NCBI RefSeq assembly: GCF_000143415.4
Contig: NW_003314347.1
Location: 62,001 to 126,000 of the forward strand
Source: Selaginella moellendorffii
Lineage: Eukaryota > Plantae > Lycopodiophyta
DNA length: 64,000 nt
Reading direction: 5' to 3'
In this document: piece after piece, positions 48,510 to 60,337 of the stretch
How the letters are laid out: each line of letters starts with the position of its first letter
Numbering within the stretch: position 1 is the first letter of the stretch
The notes under the pieces: generated by a model
Told to the model about the DNA's origin: nothing
What the model saw: the letters and a program-made list of their open reading frames with translations, nothing else
The model's database searches: none
Made by a program: the position numbers and the translations under genes

Positions 48510-50673
48510 TCTCCTCGATTGGAATTGGATCGATCGATCGAGTTGGAATTGGAATCCGGGTTGGATGGAATGGAGCTATAGATTTTGTGTACTAGAGCGT
48601 ACTATCAAATGTACGAGTGGTGTTTTTAAATGCTTTACGCGGCGCGAAAGTCAAACTACCCCGTGCTGGCCCGAGCGGGCGTACGCTCGGCTGTGGCAAC
48701 CTCAGTCAACGCCCACCACCATAGCCAAGTTTGCCCTACCTAGAGCACGCATGTTCGTATTTTTTAGGGGAATCCCATGCGCGGTCCAGTTCTTTGCTGG
48801 AACAGTCTGGGTGCTTTCGAAAGATGTGATTTTGATGATGTAATCCTTGGTCCCAGCAGCAGCAAAAGTGGTGGAAGAGGAGAAGAATTCAGCTGGAGTT
48901 GGAGGGTCCGAACCAAACAACTTGAAAACGAGCGCAGTGCTAAGACAATAGAAAAACAATCTGCGAGCTTCCTTGATCGAGTGAAGGCGATGGAAAACTC
49001 ACCGCGTTTCGAGCGAACGCGATGGAAAACTCACCGCATTTGCATTTGAGAGCTTTTTCTTCTTGAATTTCTAGGAACAAGTTCTTGGTAAAGCTGGACT
49101 ATCACGAAGAAAAGCTTGTCTGCTCTGCGAGACCAAGGAAAAACATTCTTTTAACTTGATGGGGGCCAACTTGATTGGCAAAGGCCAGGCATCCATTTAT
49201 TGCATCGCACAGAACATCTGATTTTCCCCTGTGTGGAGTAAAATCATCCAGGCGAGTCACTGGAACCAGAAAGCATGATCTCTGCTGCTTTGAAAGCTCA
49301 AAAAAAAAAAAAAAAAAGAACTAGCTGTTAAACCTTCGTGGGTTTCAATGTTTCTTTTCTGGGGTTTACAAGAATGAAGCGGCATTTTCTTCCGGGAGGA
49401 GCGGCGCCACCAGGACGAACGAATCCATGATCTCCAGCTCCAAGGTAAGAACACCCATCTGGATTTGAAACTGGGCTTTCTTGTGAAGGGCTTTTGTCTC
49501 CTTGCGTCACAGAGATCATGGGTTTTTTTGTTTTCTTTTTGCTCCTCCCTGGATCTGAGTCTTGGCTCTTGATCTTGACTGGGTCATCAGAGCTGCTGTC
49601 CATCCTTTTTTTCCTGTTACCTCGCTTTTCTTTTCCAAGCATGAAAGTGTTGGATCAAATGTGGTTTTCACTCAGGTCGTCTGAGCATCTTGTCTTGTTT
49701 GCACAGCAGCCATTTCACGGCCGTGTGTTTGTGTTCTTGAATCATGTACATGTGAGCTCATGTCCTTCCTCGTGGCCACTGTCGGTGCGAGTTTTTGGAT
49801 TTTTAGCTCGGCACAGCGTTCTGGTGTTTCAACTGTGCATGAAAACGAAAGTACGCAAGTTTGTGGTGATGTGTACCTTGACCGGTTTTGTTCTTGTGCA
49901 AAGTTGAGCTTGATTCCCTGCTTGCTTTGATCACGACATCTTCCAAAGAGTTGGAGGGTGGAAATAGAAAAACCACTGATGGCTCTCGCTCTTTTGCTTC
50001 TTCAGCTTAGAGAAATGGTCGAGCACGGTGTGGAGAATGGTTAATGGATGGAGCAGTGATACCAAAAGGAATACTCTTTTTTTGCATTCGAAAGGAAGTG
50101 CTGGGGCCGGAGATGGTGATATGATTTGTTTGTGGGCCTCGACACGACGTACCAACACTCGCAAAGGCAATATTTTTTTCGGCACTGTAGCCCTTCGAGG
50201 TGAGCGACCTCTCTCTAGATCTTGTTCTTGTTCGTCTTGCGCGTTTGGAGATGACTTGCTTTCTTGCATTGGGCTGGTGTGGTCTGGATCCAGATTTCAT
50301 GATCTTCATCCGTTTGATATGATTCTTTCCAAAAAAGTGTTTTTTCTCCTTTCATTCTTTAGTCTTTCACTCACTCGATTTTGAATTCGAGCGATAGTGC
50401 CAGTGGTACTTTCTTTGTTTGAGATCTGCGATGGTGGACGAGCTGGAGATGAGGGTGATTTGAGTCGAGAGTGGTCTCTCCTTGCTTGCTCGAGTTTGTA
50501 TCCTTGCGGCATTTGGATTCTTGTGGTACCAGTCATATTCTTGAGCTTGGCGGTGTCTACCAATATACGCTCGGCATTCTCATTCAAGTTCGTGGGTCTG
50601 TTTCTTTCAGAGCATCAGATCTGTCGTTGGTAACCGAGAGTAGAGGAAGAATCAAAGAGGAGAAGAAAAAAAA

Positions 50674-53600
50674 ATGGCACAGAGGGTCGCTCGAGGAAGG
50701 GTCGCCATGGATTTGAAGCTCTCCATTCTCTCAGCATTGAACAAGCTAGCAGACAGGGACACACAGCAGATTGCCACGGACGAACTCTTGAGGATTGCCG
50801 AAACCCTCCAGCCGGACGGGATTTCCGTGTTCCTGGGATGCCTCTACGAGATAAGTTCGGACCAGAAGAGTGTAGTTCGCAGGGAAGGCGTGAAGCTACT
50901 CGGAATCCTGGCAACTTTGTATGGAGATTTGCTCACTCCACACCTCCAGAAGATCATAGCGTCGCTCGTCAAGAGGCTCAAGGAGCCCGACTCCAACATC
51001 AGGGACGCTTGTGTGGATACTTTCGGAACTTTGGTCGCTCACGTCCCGGCTCCGGCGTCCCTGGCTAATGGTGGCAGCGGTGGTGGAAACCAGGATCAAG
51101 TTGCTTTCTCGGGGCCTGTGGGTGTTTTCACCAAGCCGCTGTTTGATACGCTCAACGAGCAGGCGAGGAGCGTCCAGATTGGTGCCGCGATGTCGCTTGC
51201 CAGGGCCATGGATAATGCTCGAGACTTGCCACCCGCTTGTACGCAGCGGCTTTGCGTGAGAATTCTCAAGTTCCTTTCCAGTCCCAACTTCAACGCCAAG
51301 CCAGCTTTGTTGCCGTCTCTCGGTGGACTTTCTCGGGTATGTTCTAAAGCTTTGGCTTTTTTCTACTTCGTTACGTCATGCTTGCTTTTCTACTACCTAT
51401 GCTATGCTCGATCTCTCCCAATTTTTTTTTTCATGCTATTGTGTTCTTATTGTTGTGTGCTCAAGTTTTGGTTTTTCTTTCCCATTTTTGCTTCCAAGCT
51501 TTGGTTTGTGCCTGAATTTTTGGTTTTTTACTTGGTTGTCTTCGAGTCTACGTCGTCGGATGATCGATCTCTAACGTAGATTTTCGCGAACGGGTGGTGG
51601 ATGGCTTGCAGGCATCAGGTGTTGGGATAACTCTGCATTTAGCAGCTATTATAGCGTCCTTGCAAGAGTCGCTGCAGAGCAGCGACTGGGCAACGCGCAA
51701 GGCTGCCGCGGATACTTTCGCCTCCGTCGCATTGAGTGTCGGAGGACCACCTTTGACCAACTTCAAGTCATCGACCATGGCGCTTTTGGATTCATATCGT
51801 TTTGACAAGGTTTCGTGGATCAACCTCTTGTTGCTTGTTTTCTACTTTTTTATGTTCCTGTTTTTGTTTTGTTTCAGGTGAAGCCGGCTCGGGAATCTGT
51901 CGTTGATGCTATCCACATCTGGAAGAATGTTCCTGATCCTCCCGTGGTGGATTCGTCTCCTTCCAGGACCGTTTCCACGAAAAGTAAGTCGTTTGTATAC
52001 GCTTCCACAGCTTGACGTGATCGAATCCCTGAAACTTCACAGGTAATGACTCGAACGGAACGCTGAAATCATCTTCCAACCGGAAGCACTTGACGAGTGA
52101 CCTGCTACGGAGTTGCAGTCCCAATCCCGCTACGAGTGCTCAAGACAAAGGATCCGTGAAGAAGAAGACGACGGGCTCGTCCGGTGTTTCGGAGCGAAAG
52201 ACCAACTTAGATTTCTTCCGGAAACTCTCCATCCGGAACTCGGACGATTGGCAGATCGAGGTGGCTGTTCCTCGAGGGTCTCCGCCAGCTTCTCACAACA
52301 AGGAGAATCACGAAGAGGCGGCAGTGGTGACGCAGCAGGCTCTGGACAAGCATATCCCCGTTCCCGCTGGGAAAGTCGCGGCGGTGGTGAACGCGTTGAG
52401 CAATGGTAGCTTGAGTGAAAGTCACGAGGAGAAAGACAAGCTCGGATTTAACAGGAGGCCGAGTGAGGTGGTGACGAGCAAGTTCGAAGCCGTGGAGACA
52501 AAGCCGCCCGTGGAAGAAGTGAGAAGCATCAACAAGGCCACGAGTAATGGATGGTCTCATCACTCTCACTCTCAGCAATCACAGCAGCAGCAGCAGCAGC
52601 AGCAAAAGCAAGTCGACGCAAGCAACTCAAGCAGCGAGCAGCAGAAGAAGAGCGAGGATTTAGTTTCGATAGGACGTCAGCTCTCACAGCTCGAGAAGGG
52701 GCAGTCGGACTTGATGGAGATGCTCCAGGTAAGTAGCCATTCTCGTTTTCTTTTTTTTTTAATCTTGGTTTTCTTGCAGGAGTTTATGGGAAACAGCCAT
52801 GAGAACACCTTGAATCTTGAGTCTCGGGTCCAGAGATTAGAGAGAGCTCTAGAAGACATGGCACGTCTCACAGCCGCTTCCATTGGAATTTCTAGGAACA
52901 GCTTCTTTGGAGACGAAGGTGGCGATCATATGCCGGAGGTAAATGGCTCAGCCGCGACCACGAGAGTGGCAGGCTACTTCCCGGACAGATCTCCCATAGG
53001 CAGCAACAACAGGTTCTTCAGAGAAAACAGTGAAACTTGGAATGAAGTCTTCCGAGCCGGGAGAGCAAATGGTCGATCTAGTCACATTGAAAACCAGGAT
53101 GGCTCGGAGCGTAGCAGCGGCAGAGCTCACAACACCAGCAATGGCGGTGGTCGCCTCGTCGGCGAAGGCCCGTCGGCTAGAAGTGTTTGGAGAGCCTCCA
53201 AGGACGAAGCTACTCTGGCCGCGATACGAGTTGCCGGCGACGTTGGCGGTGGCAATCCCCTCTGCGAGGCCGACAACTTGAAGCTCTTAAACTCTGCCGG
53301 ATCCATGGAAGCCAGCTCCGAGAGCGCGCAGGGCGGTGGAAATGGTGGTGGCAACGCTCACCACCATCAACTGAACGGGAGCTCTTGGAACGTTTGGAGC
53401 CGGATCATGGAGAGCTTGCAGTCGGGAGATCTGGACTCGGCGTACGAGGAGGTGATTTGCACCGGGGACGAGCTTCTCATGGTTCGTCTCATGACCAGGA
53501 CCGGCCCCGTGCTGGACCAGCTCTCGAGCGAGACGGTCTCGGAGTTACTCCATTCCATCTCCCAGTTTCTGCAGCAGCCGGGCTTTGTGGATTGCGCCTT

Positions 53601-53872
53601 GCCTTGGATTCGACAGGTACGCACACAAATCTCTTGTTTTTTCGGAGTGTTTCTCACTCGAGGATTGGATCCTTTCTTTGCAGCTGACGGAGCTGTTTCG
53701 AGCGAACGGGCCTAAGTGCTTGGCTTTGTCTGCCCAAGTGAAGAAAGAGCTGCTTTCATCCATGCACGAAGCGTCCATGCTGGATTTCCCAGACCGGTGG
53801 ATGGCTGGAGCTGTGACGAAGATGGCGAATCAACTGGGGAGTTCGTGGTCCATGGTGGGAGGACTCGATTGA
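50674..53872 (+). CDS. TOR1: TORTIFOLIA1/SPIRAL2-like HEAT-repeat microtubule-associated protein (multi-exon)
   Basis: LKLSILSALNKLADRDTQQIA, SDWATRKAAAD, RFDK^VKPARES, DDWQIEVAVP, GEGPSARSVWRASKDEATLAAIRVAG, LMTRTGPVLDQL; poly-Q at ~52580-52605. Confidence 0.92.
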
Positions 53873-54164
53873 TCAATCAAAGCGAGAGATTTGTAAATAG
53901 ATATTCGTTCTCCTAGGGTTAGGGTTTAAGCCCTAAAAAAGATTGTCACTCAGTTAGGGTTTCACCCAAAGATGTATTTTTCCGAGCTGTCAACAACCTT
54001 TAGATAGGGACAAATAGGTACCTCTTCATAGTAACCACATGTTGCTAAACAATTTAAAACGTGCCAATACTTTTTACCAGTCACAATCTCAGGCATTGGC
54101 GGGGGATTTAAACTCGTCCATCTTTCTTGTGGCAGCAAACGCTCTTGGGCAGAGGAGCAAAGAA

Positions 54165-55271
54165 ATGGAGGCCACTTTGATCTCCAAATTCTCCACTGTC
54201 ACGCACTTCGAGCTTCCGCGGCTTCCCAACAACATCCCATTCGCCTACCACCCGCAATCCGCGACGATCAGTGCCCAGATCGACGAGTGGATGCTTCGCA
54301 AGATGAAGATCACTGACCAGAGTGCGAGGAAGAAGATGATCCACTCCAAGATCGGACTGTACGCCTGTATGATGCATCCCAATGCCGAGAGGGAGAAGCT
54401 CGTCCTGGCCGGTAAGAATCTCTGGGCCCTCCTCCTCATCGACGATTTGCTCGAATCCAGCAGCAAGGAAGAGATGCCTCGGCTCAACACCACCATCTCC
54501 AACCTTGGCAGTGGAAATTCCAGGGATGGAGCTATCCGGAATCCTGTGCTGCTTCTGTATGAAGAAGTTCTGGGAGAGCTTCGAGCTGCCATGGAGCCAC
54601 CTTTGCTGGACCGCTACTTGCACTGCCTGGCAGCTTCACTCGAAGGCGTCCGGAAGCAAGTCCACCACCGAACCAAGAAGAGCGTCCCTGGACCGGAAGA
54701 ATATAAGCTCACCCGTCGTGCCAATGGATTCATGGACATTCTCGGGGGCATCATGACCGAGTTCTGTATGGGAATCCGCCTCAACCAAGCTCAAATCCAG
54801 TCTCCAACCTTCCGGGAGCTCCTCAACTCTGTGTCTGATTACGTCATTCTCGTCAATGACCTGCTGTCCTTCCGGAAGGAGTTTTACGGTGGCGACTATC
54901 ACCACAACTGGATCTCGGTTCTCTCGTTCCATGGCCCCCCCGGGATCAGCTTTCAGGATGTGATTGACCAGCTGTGTGAGATGATCCAAGCAGAAGAGCA
55001 CTCAATCCTGGCCTTGCAGAAGAAGATTGCCGACGAAGAAGATAGCGACTCGGAGCTGACGAAGTTTGCAAGTGAGCTTGCAATGGTTGCTTCCGGGAGC
55101 CTCGTGTGGTCGTATCTCTCTGGCCGCTACCATGGCTATGATAATCCACTGATCACTGGGGAGATTTTCAGTGGAACATGGCTGCTGCATCCCGTGGCCA
55201 CCGTCGTCTTACCATCCATCAAGGCTCGAGATACATTGCTGGGGCTCAAAGTTCCGGTTCGACTACCTTGA
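54165..55271 (+). CDS. MTPSL: Microbial terpene synthase-like protein, copy 3 (divergent paralogue), 368 aa; in-frame upstream ATG at 54039
   Basis: IDDLLE, RRANG, NDLLSFRKE, WSYLSGRY; MEATLISK aligns with the MENILVSR/MEDVLVSR starts of copies 1 and 2. Confidence 0.94.
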   Translation: MEATLISKFSTVTHFELPRLPNNIPFAYHPQSATISAQIDEWMLRKMKITDQSARKKMIHSKIGLYACMMHPNAEREKLVLAGKNLWALLLIDDLLESSSKEEMPRLNTTISNLGSGNSRDGAIRNPVLLLYEEVLGELRAAMEPPLLDRYLHCLAASLEGVRKQVHHRTKKSVPGPEEYKLTRRANGFMDILGGIMTEFCMGIRLNQAQIQSPTFRELLNSVSDYVILVNDLLSFRKEFYGGDYHHNWISVLSFHGPPGISFQDVIDQLCEMIQAEEHSILALQKKIADEEDSDSELTKFASELAMVASGSLVWSYLSGRYHGYDNPLITGEIFSGTWLLHPVATVVLPSIKARDTLLGLKVPVRLP

Positions 55272-55399
55272 AGGTAAGATGCGTCGATCAAAGTAAACGA
55301 GCAAACTTAATAAAATTCTTTGCTTACCAAGGCCCTGGTATGATCCTGCGTTGCTCCTCCAGCATTCCTACGCTACCATAGATGTTAGCCATGAGGGCA

Positions 55400-56920
55400 A
55401 ACGCTGGGGTGTGGCTGGGATTTATCTTGAGCAGCGACTCAAAAGCATATCTTCCGGTTTTTCACGTCTTTCCACTTCCAGCAAGCTCCCAGTATCCAAG
55501 TCACCAACGTTGGCTTGAAAGGCATGCTTTCGATCATCCCAAGTGCTTCCTCCAGATGATTTGCACGTCCCAAGAGAAGTGGTAGTGCTCGAGGCTTTGT
55601 GCGATGCCATGCTCGGAGAGCATCGCAAAGTACTGCTTCCCTCGTTGTACCAAACCACCATGGCTACACGCCGAGAGCACGCATAAGAATGTGACACTGT
55701 CAACCTGGACACCGTCCTCCCGCATGCTCTCGAATGCTTGGAACACACAGCCATATCCTGCTATCAGAGCGCTCCAAGTGATGGAAGTTCTCGTTGGAAG
55801 CGAGTCGAAAATGCCGCTGCTTCCAGACTTCCCGTAAAAGTCGAGCACTTGGCTCATTGTCGTTTCGAGAAATCTCTACATGGATGGTCTCCCAGAATCA
55901 AGAGCAGCCAGGTTGCCGCATGCGAGAAGAACAGCCACGTACGTCTGCGAATTCGGTGCACAGTTGCGCGCTCTCATTTGCTCAAACAGCTTCAAAGCTG
56001 CGTCTGCTTCGCCGTTCTCTGCGTACCCCTGAATCGTCCAAGTTGCTACGTCGTGTCCTGTTTTGATCCCGTCAAACACTGCTCTGGCGCTCGCTAAGCT
56101 CCCACATGGCGCGTACATGTCGATGAGTCGCCACGAACATGTCCGAATCAAAGCCAAGTTTTGCTGCTCGGGAGTGTAGATGAGTTCCTTTCTGGGCTTC
56201 ACGACGTTGCCATTAACGTGCTTGCCTTCGTCTTTCGTGGCTAGACGACCGCAGGCAACGAAGAGAGCCACGAAGATTCGGGGGTTTGGCAGACAGCCCT
56301 TCTACTCCATGAGCTGGAAAAGCTGCAAAGCGAGCTCCGGCTCACCATTCTCTGCATAGCCGAGTATCAGTGCCGTCCATGAAACAACCTGGACTTACCA
56401 TCTTGTCAAACACCTTGCGAGCATCAGCCAAGTTCCCACACTCGGCATGTATATCAATCAGAGTGCTGGCCACGAGCACGTCCTCGTAGTAACAGGGCAG
56501 CTTTGCTCCTCTTTCCAAGCTCTAGGCTTTGAGTAGTTTCGCGTCAATCTTGAGCTCGAACAGGCCATCATCACAGCTACGAAATTTCTCTCGTTGGGAG
56601 CTCGTTCTCGCCATTGTCGACGTAGCCCATTATCAGGGACGTCCATGAGACAACGCTGTGGAGCTTCATCCCTCGAAAACACCGCGAGCATCGGCCATTC
56701 TCCCACACTTGCCATACATGCTCACTGTTCTCCACGTAAACGCTTCTCCCATGTCCATGGACAAGAGCATCGCCATGGATCTTTCTCCCGGTCTGGAGAT
56801 CTATCGTGCCGAGCCAAGGATCCTCTCTCTCGACAATCGCCTCTTCTTGCAGAGGAAAATGAAGAAACTCCCAGCGATCGTCAAGCTCCTCGCTCGCATT
56901 TCCAAACCTTTTGACACATC
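55400..56920 (-). pseudogene. PLS-class PPR pseudogene
   Basis: Fragments DFYGKSGS...WSALIAGY...VTFLCVLSACSHGGLV...LEHYH, LIDMYAPCGSLASARAVFD and others, in shifting frames. Confidence 0.85.
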
Positions 56921-57005
56921 CTAAGCTGCGTTGCGAGCCCCGGCAAAGCTTATTACTCCAATTTAATTAAAAGATTAAAATTAGCATAGCTTTAGGGCAA
57001 AGGGA

Positions 57006-57816
57006 ATGGGGCTGCTCACGATCATCCGCAAGGTGAAGCGCAAGGAGAAGGAAATGCGCATTCTCATGGTGTAAGCTCTCTCTCTCTCTCTCGATCTTTC
57101 ATGCGGTGCTATGTCCTTGCGCATTTGATTTCCGCCGCAGAGGGTTGGACAATGCGGGAAAGACGACGATCGTCAAGAGAATGAATGGGGAGGACATTAG
57201 CGACATCAGTCCCACGCTTGGGTTCAACATAAAAACGATGCGATACGGCAAGTAAGTGATTCGCGACCTCTTTCGTGATCGTAACTCATCGCTTTCTTCA
57301 GGTATAGGCTAAACATTTGGGATGTTGGTGGCCAAAAAACTCTGAGATCGTACTGGAGGAATTACTACGAGCAAACGGATGGTCTGGTGTGGGTGGTCGA
57401 CAGTGCTGATTTGCGTCGCCTCGACGACTGCAAGAAGGAGCTACACAACCTTCTCAAAGAGGAGGTACGTCAAGCGCGAGAAAATGAAAAAACCCTTGCT
57501 GGAAATCATTATCTTTTTTCGTTTCTTGTTTCAGCGTCTTGCCGGAGCATCACTGCTGATACTGGCCAACAAGCAGGACATAGACGGCGCTCTGGATCTC
57601 GATGAAATCTCAAAGGTCTGCCTTTTCATCTTCCTGCTTTGTATTTTTCAGTTCTTAGGTGGGAAGAAACGAATGCAGGTCCTGCGGCTTGATTTAATGG
57701 ACAAAAGCAGGCATTCTCGCACTGTTGGATGCAGTGCTGTTACTGGGGACGGATTACTGGAAGCGTTCGACTGGTTAGTCTCAGATATAGGATCCCGTAT
57801 TTATCTTCTGGACTAG
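57006..57816 (+). CDS. ARL2: ADP-ribosylation factor-like 2 GTPase (ARL2 / TITAN5), multi-exon
   Basis: [22 protein letters not shown]^GLDNAGKT...[11 protein letters not shown]...[16 protein letters not shown]...ANKQD...CSAVTG...SRIYLLD*. Confidence 0.95.
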
Positions 57817-57832
57817 CTGGCCATTCCTCTGG

Positions 57833-60337
57833 ATGCTTGCACGAAGAAGATCGTTTGAAGTGAAGAGGCTTAAGAATCTATCGACTTCTGCGGCCTTTGT
57901 TTCTAATGAAGCGGTATTCAAGCAGAGGAAATGTGATACTTTTGGAGCTAGAGGGGATGATCGACAGGTGGTTGCTGCACTGAAGGCTTGCAGCGGCTCA
58001 AGAGATTTAGAGAAAGGGAAGGAAATTCACAGGAGACTGGGAAGCAACTTTGGTGTCTTCATCTCGACTGCCTTGGTGGACATGTACTCAAAGTGCGGGT
58101 GCATGGCTGAAGCTCGCCAAGTTTTTGACAGCATACATCGTCGAGATGTTGTTTCTTGGAACGCGATCATCACTGGCTATGCTCATGGTGGAGCTGCTGG
58201 GTCCGCTCTGGAACTATACCTGCTGATGCAGCAAGATGGTTTCGTCCCGAATGGTAGAACTTTCGTTGCTACTCTCAGCGCGTGTGCCAGTTTGGCAGCC
58301 AAGGAAGATCGAAAACAAGTAGTGGCAAGAGGATTTTCTATTCACTCTCAGGTTGCCAAGACAGGATACGAAGAAGACGTTTTCGTTGCGAGCACTCTGG
58401 TGGACATGCACACAAAGTTTGGTCTGATGGATGTTGCGCGTCGGGTATTTGACAGCATCCAGAGTCCCACAGTGGTGCTGTGGACTGCCATGATCATGGG
58501 ATATGCACAAAACGGGGAGAGTGACATTGCTTTGGAGCTGTTTGCCGCAATGCAGGAGCAAGGCTACAGATTAGACTCGCGGACTTTCGTTGCTGCGTTG
58601 ATAGCGTGCACTGGTCTGGCATCGAGAGAAGATGGCAAACAAGTGGACGGGAAGCTTGTAAAGGCCGAGGCTCTCAGGAAAGGCAGGAGCATACACTCGC
58701 TTCTCCAAATGAGTGACAACAGCCAGAAGCTCAATGCCTTCGTAAGAAACAGTCTCGTGGACATGCTTGCAAAGTGTGGGAGCATGCTCGAGGCTCGAGC
58801 AGTGTTTGAGCAGACAAGTCACCACGACGTGGTGCTGTGGAACTCTATCATACATGGCTACGCACAGAGCGGTGACGGCGAGCAAGCTCTAGAGATGTTT
58901 TCGAGAATGCTCGACCGGGGTGTCGATCCAGATGCTCGGACCTTCGTCGCCGCGATAGGTGCTTGCTCAAGCTTGGCTTCAGCGGAAGAAGCAGAGAAAG
59001 TAAATGGGAAGCTAGTCAAGGTGGTGTCGCTTGGAAAGGGCCGAGCTATCCATCTACAGCTTAAAAATCTGGGACGTAAGGTAGCGACTGATATATACGT
59101 GGAAAATTCGCTCGTGGACATGTACGCCAAGTGTGGAAGCTTAGCTGAGGCTCGAGAGGTGTTCGAGGAGATGCAGCAACGAAACGTAGTTTCTTGGACG
59201 ACCATGATTCTTGGATGCGTACAGAATGGCGAGAGTGATGCGGCTCTGGAGCTCTTCACGGCTATGCAAGAGGAAGGCTTGACACCGCAGGCTCGAACTT
59301 ACGTTGCAGCACTCAACGCTTGCTCTAGCCTCGCAGCCCAAGAAGGAAGAGAGCTCGGTGGGGATGCTCGAGTTCTCAAGCTCAAGTCACTCGAGAGAGG
59401 CCGACTGATACACTTGGAGCTCAGGAACAAGGGACACGAGCCAGATGTTTTCGTGGCGAATTCTCTGGTGGACATGTATGCCAACTGCGGGAGCATTGCG
59501 GAGGCTCGGTCGGTCTTTGACAGGAGTGTGATGCTGGGAAGTTCTTCGCTAGCGATGTGGACATCGATGATCCTGGGCTATGCCGAGCTTGGGGAGAACA
59601 GCACTGCTTTGGAGCTGTTCGAGAGTATGATTCAGCAGCAGTTGCATCCGGAGTCTCGGACTTTCGTGGCTGTTATCAAGGCGTGTGGAAATCTCGCAGA
59701 CTTCGAGAGAGGAAGACGAGTTCACGAACAGATTCGAAGCAGAAGAGGTTATATGGATCAGCAAAGTGAGCTTGTCGTTGCAAACTCTCTCATCACTTTG
59801 TACGGCAAATGTGGGTGCATGGAAGAAGCTCGAGCCGTCTTCGACGCCATTCCCGTCAAGAGGAGAGATTTAGTGGCTTGGAGCGCGATCATCTCCGGCT
59901 ATAGCCAACAGGGTGACGCTTGCCAGGTCTTCGACCTCTTCGAGCGCATGCAGCACGAGAAGATACGCCCCGATGGTGTGACTTTTCTCTCGGTGCTCAG
60001 CGCTTGCAACCACACTGGACTCGTCGACCAAGCCAGGAAATACTTTCACGCACTGCTCGAGGACTACAGAGAATATGCAACGATCCAGCACTACTCGTGC
60101 ATGGTCGATCTCCTGGGTCGCGCAAACCATCTTGAGGAGGCACTGGCTGTAGTGAAAAGCATGCCTATGGAGCCGGACTCCACGATCTGGACGAGCATCC
60201 TGGCATCAAGTCGAAAGTGGGAAAACGTAGAAGCTGGAAGAGCAGCCTTCGAGAGGATCCAGGAAAAAGATGGCGCGGCCTTTGTGCTACTGGCAAACAG
60301 CTACGCCGGACGAAGCTCAAACTCTCCTTCGCGATGA
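57833..60337 (+). CDS. PLS-class PPR protein with E domain, 834 aa
   Basis: Repeated DMYxKCGxxxEARxVFD/VVSW motifs; HYSCMVDLLGRA...MPMEPDSTIWTSIL ending; no DYW. Confidence 0.92.
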   Translation: MLARRRSFEVKRLKNLSTSAAFVSNEAVFKQRKCDTFGARGDDRQVVAALKACSGSRDLEKGKEIHRRLGSNFGVFISTALVDMYSKCGCMAEARQVFDSIHRRDVVSWNAIITGYAHGGAAGSALELYLLMQQDGFVPNGRTFVATLSACASLAAKEDRKQVVARGFSIHSQVAKTGYEEDVFVASTLVDMHTKFGLMDVARRVFDSIQSPTVVLWTAMIMGYAQNGESDIALELFAAMQEQGYRLDSRTFVAALIACTGLASREDGKQVDGKLVKAEALRKGRSIHSLLQMSDNSQKLNAFVRNSLVDMLAKCGSMLEARAVFEQTSHHDVVLWNSIIHGYAQSGDGEQALEMFSRMLDRGVDPDARTFVAAIGACSSLASAEEAEKVNGKLVKVVSLGKGRAIHLQLKNLGRKVATDIYVENSLVDMYAKCGSLAEAREVFEEMQQRNVVSWTTMILGCVQNGESDAALELFTAMQEEGLTPQARTYVAALNACSSLAAQEGRELGGDARVLKLKSLERGRLIHLELRNKGHEPDVFVANSLVDMYANCGSIAEARSVFDRSVMLGSSSLAMWTSMILGYAELGENSTALELFESMIQQQLHPESRTFVAVIKACGNLADFERGRRVHEQIRSRRGYMDQQSELVVANSLITLYGKCGCMEEARAVFDAIPVKRRDLVAWSAIISGYSQQGDACQVFDLFERMQHEKIRPDGVTFLSVLSACNHTGLVDQARKYFHALLEDYREYATIQHYSCMVDLLGRANHLEEALAVVKSMPMEPDSTIWTSILASSRKWENVEAGRAAFERIQEKDGAAFVLLANSYAGRSSNSPSR

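Noticed and set aside
53913-53960. Telomeric repeats suggesting a chromosome end or fusion site
   Set aside because: Only two or three degenerate units; more consistent with telo-box-like motifs.
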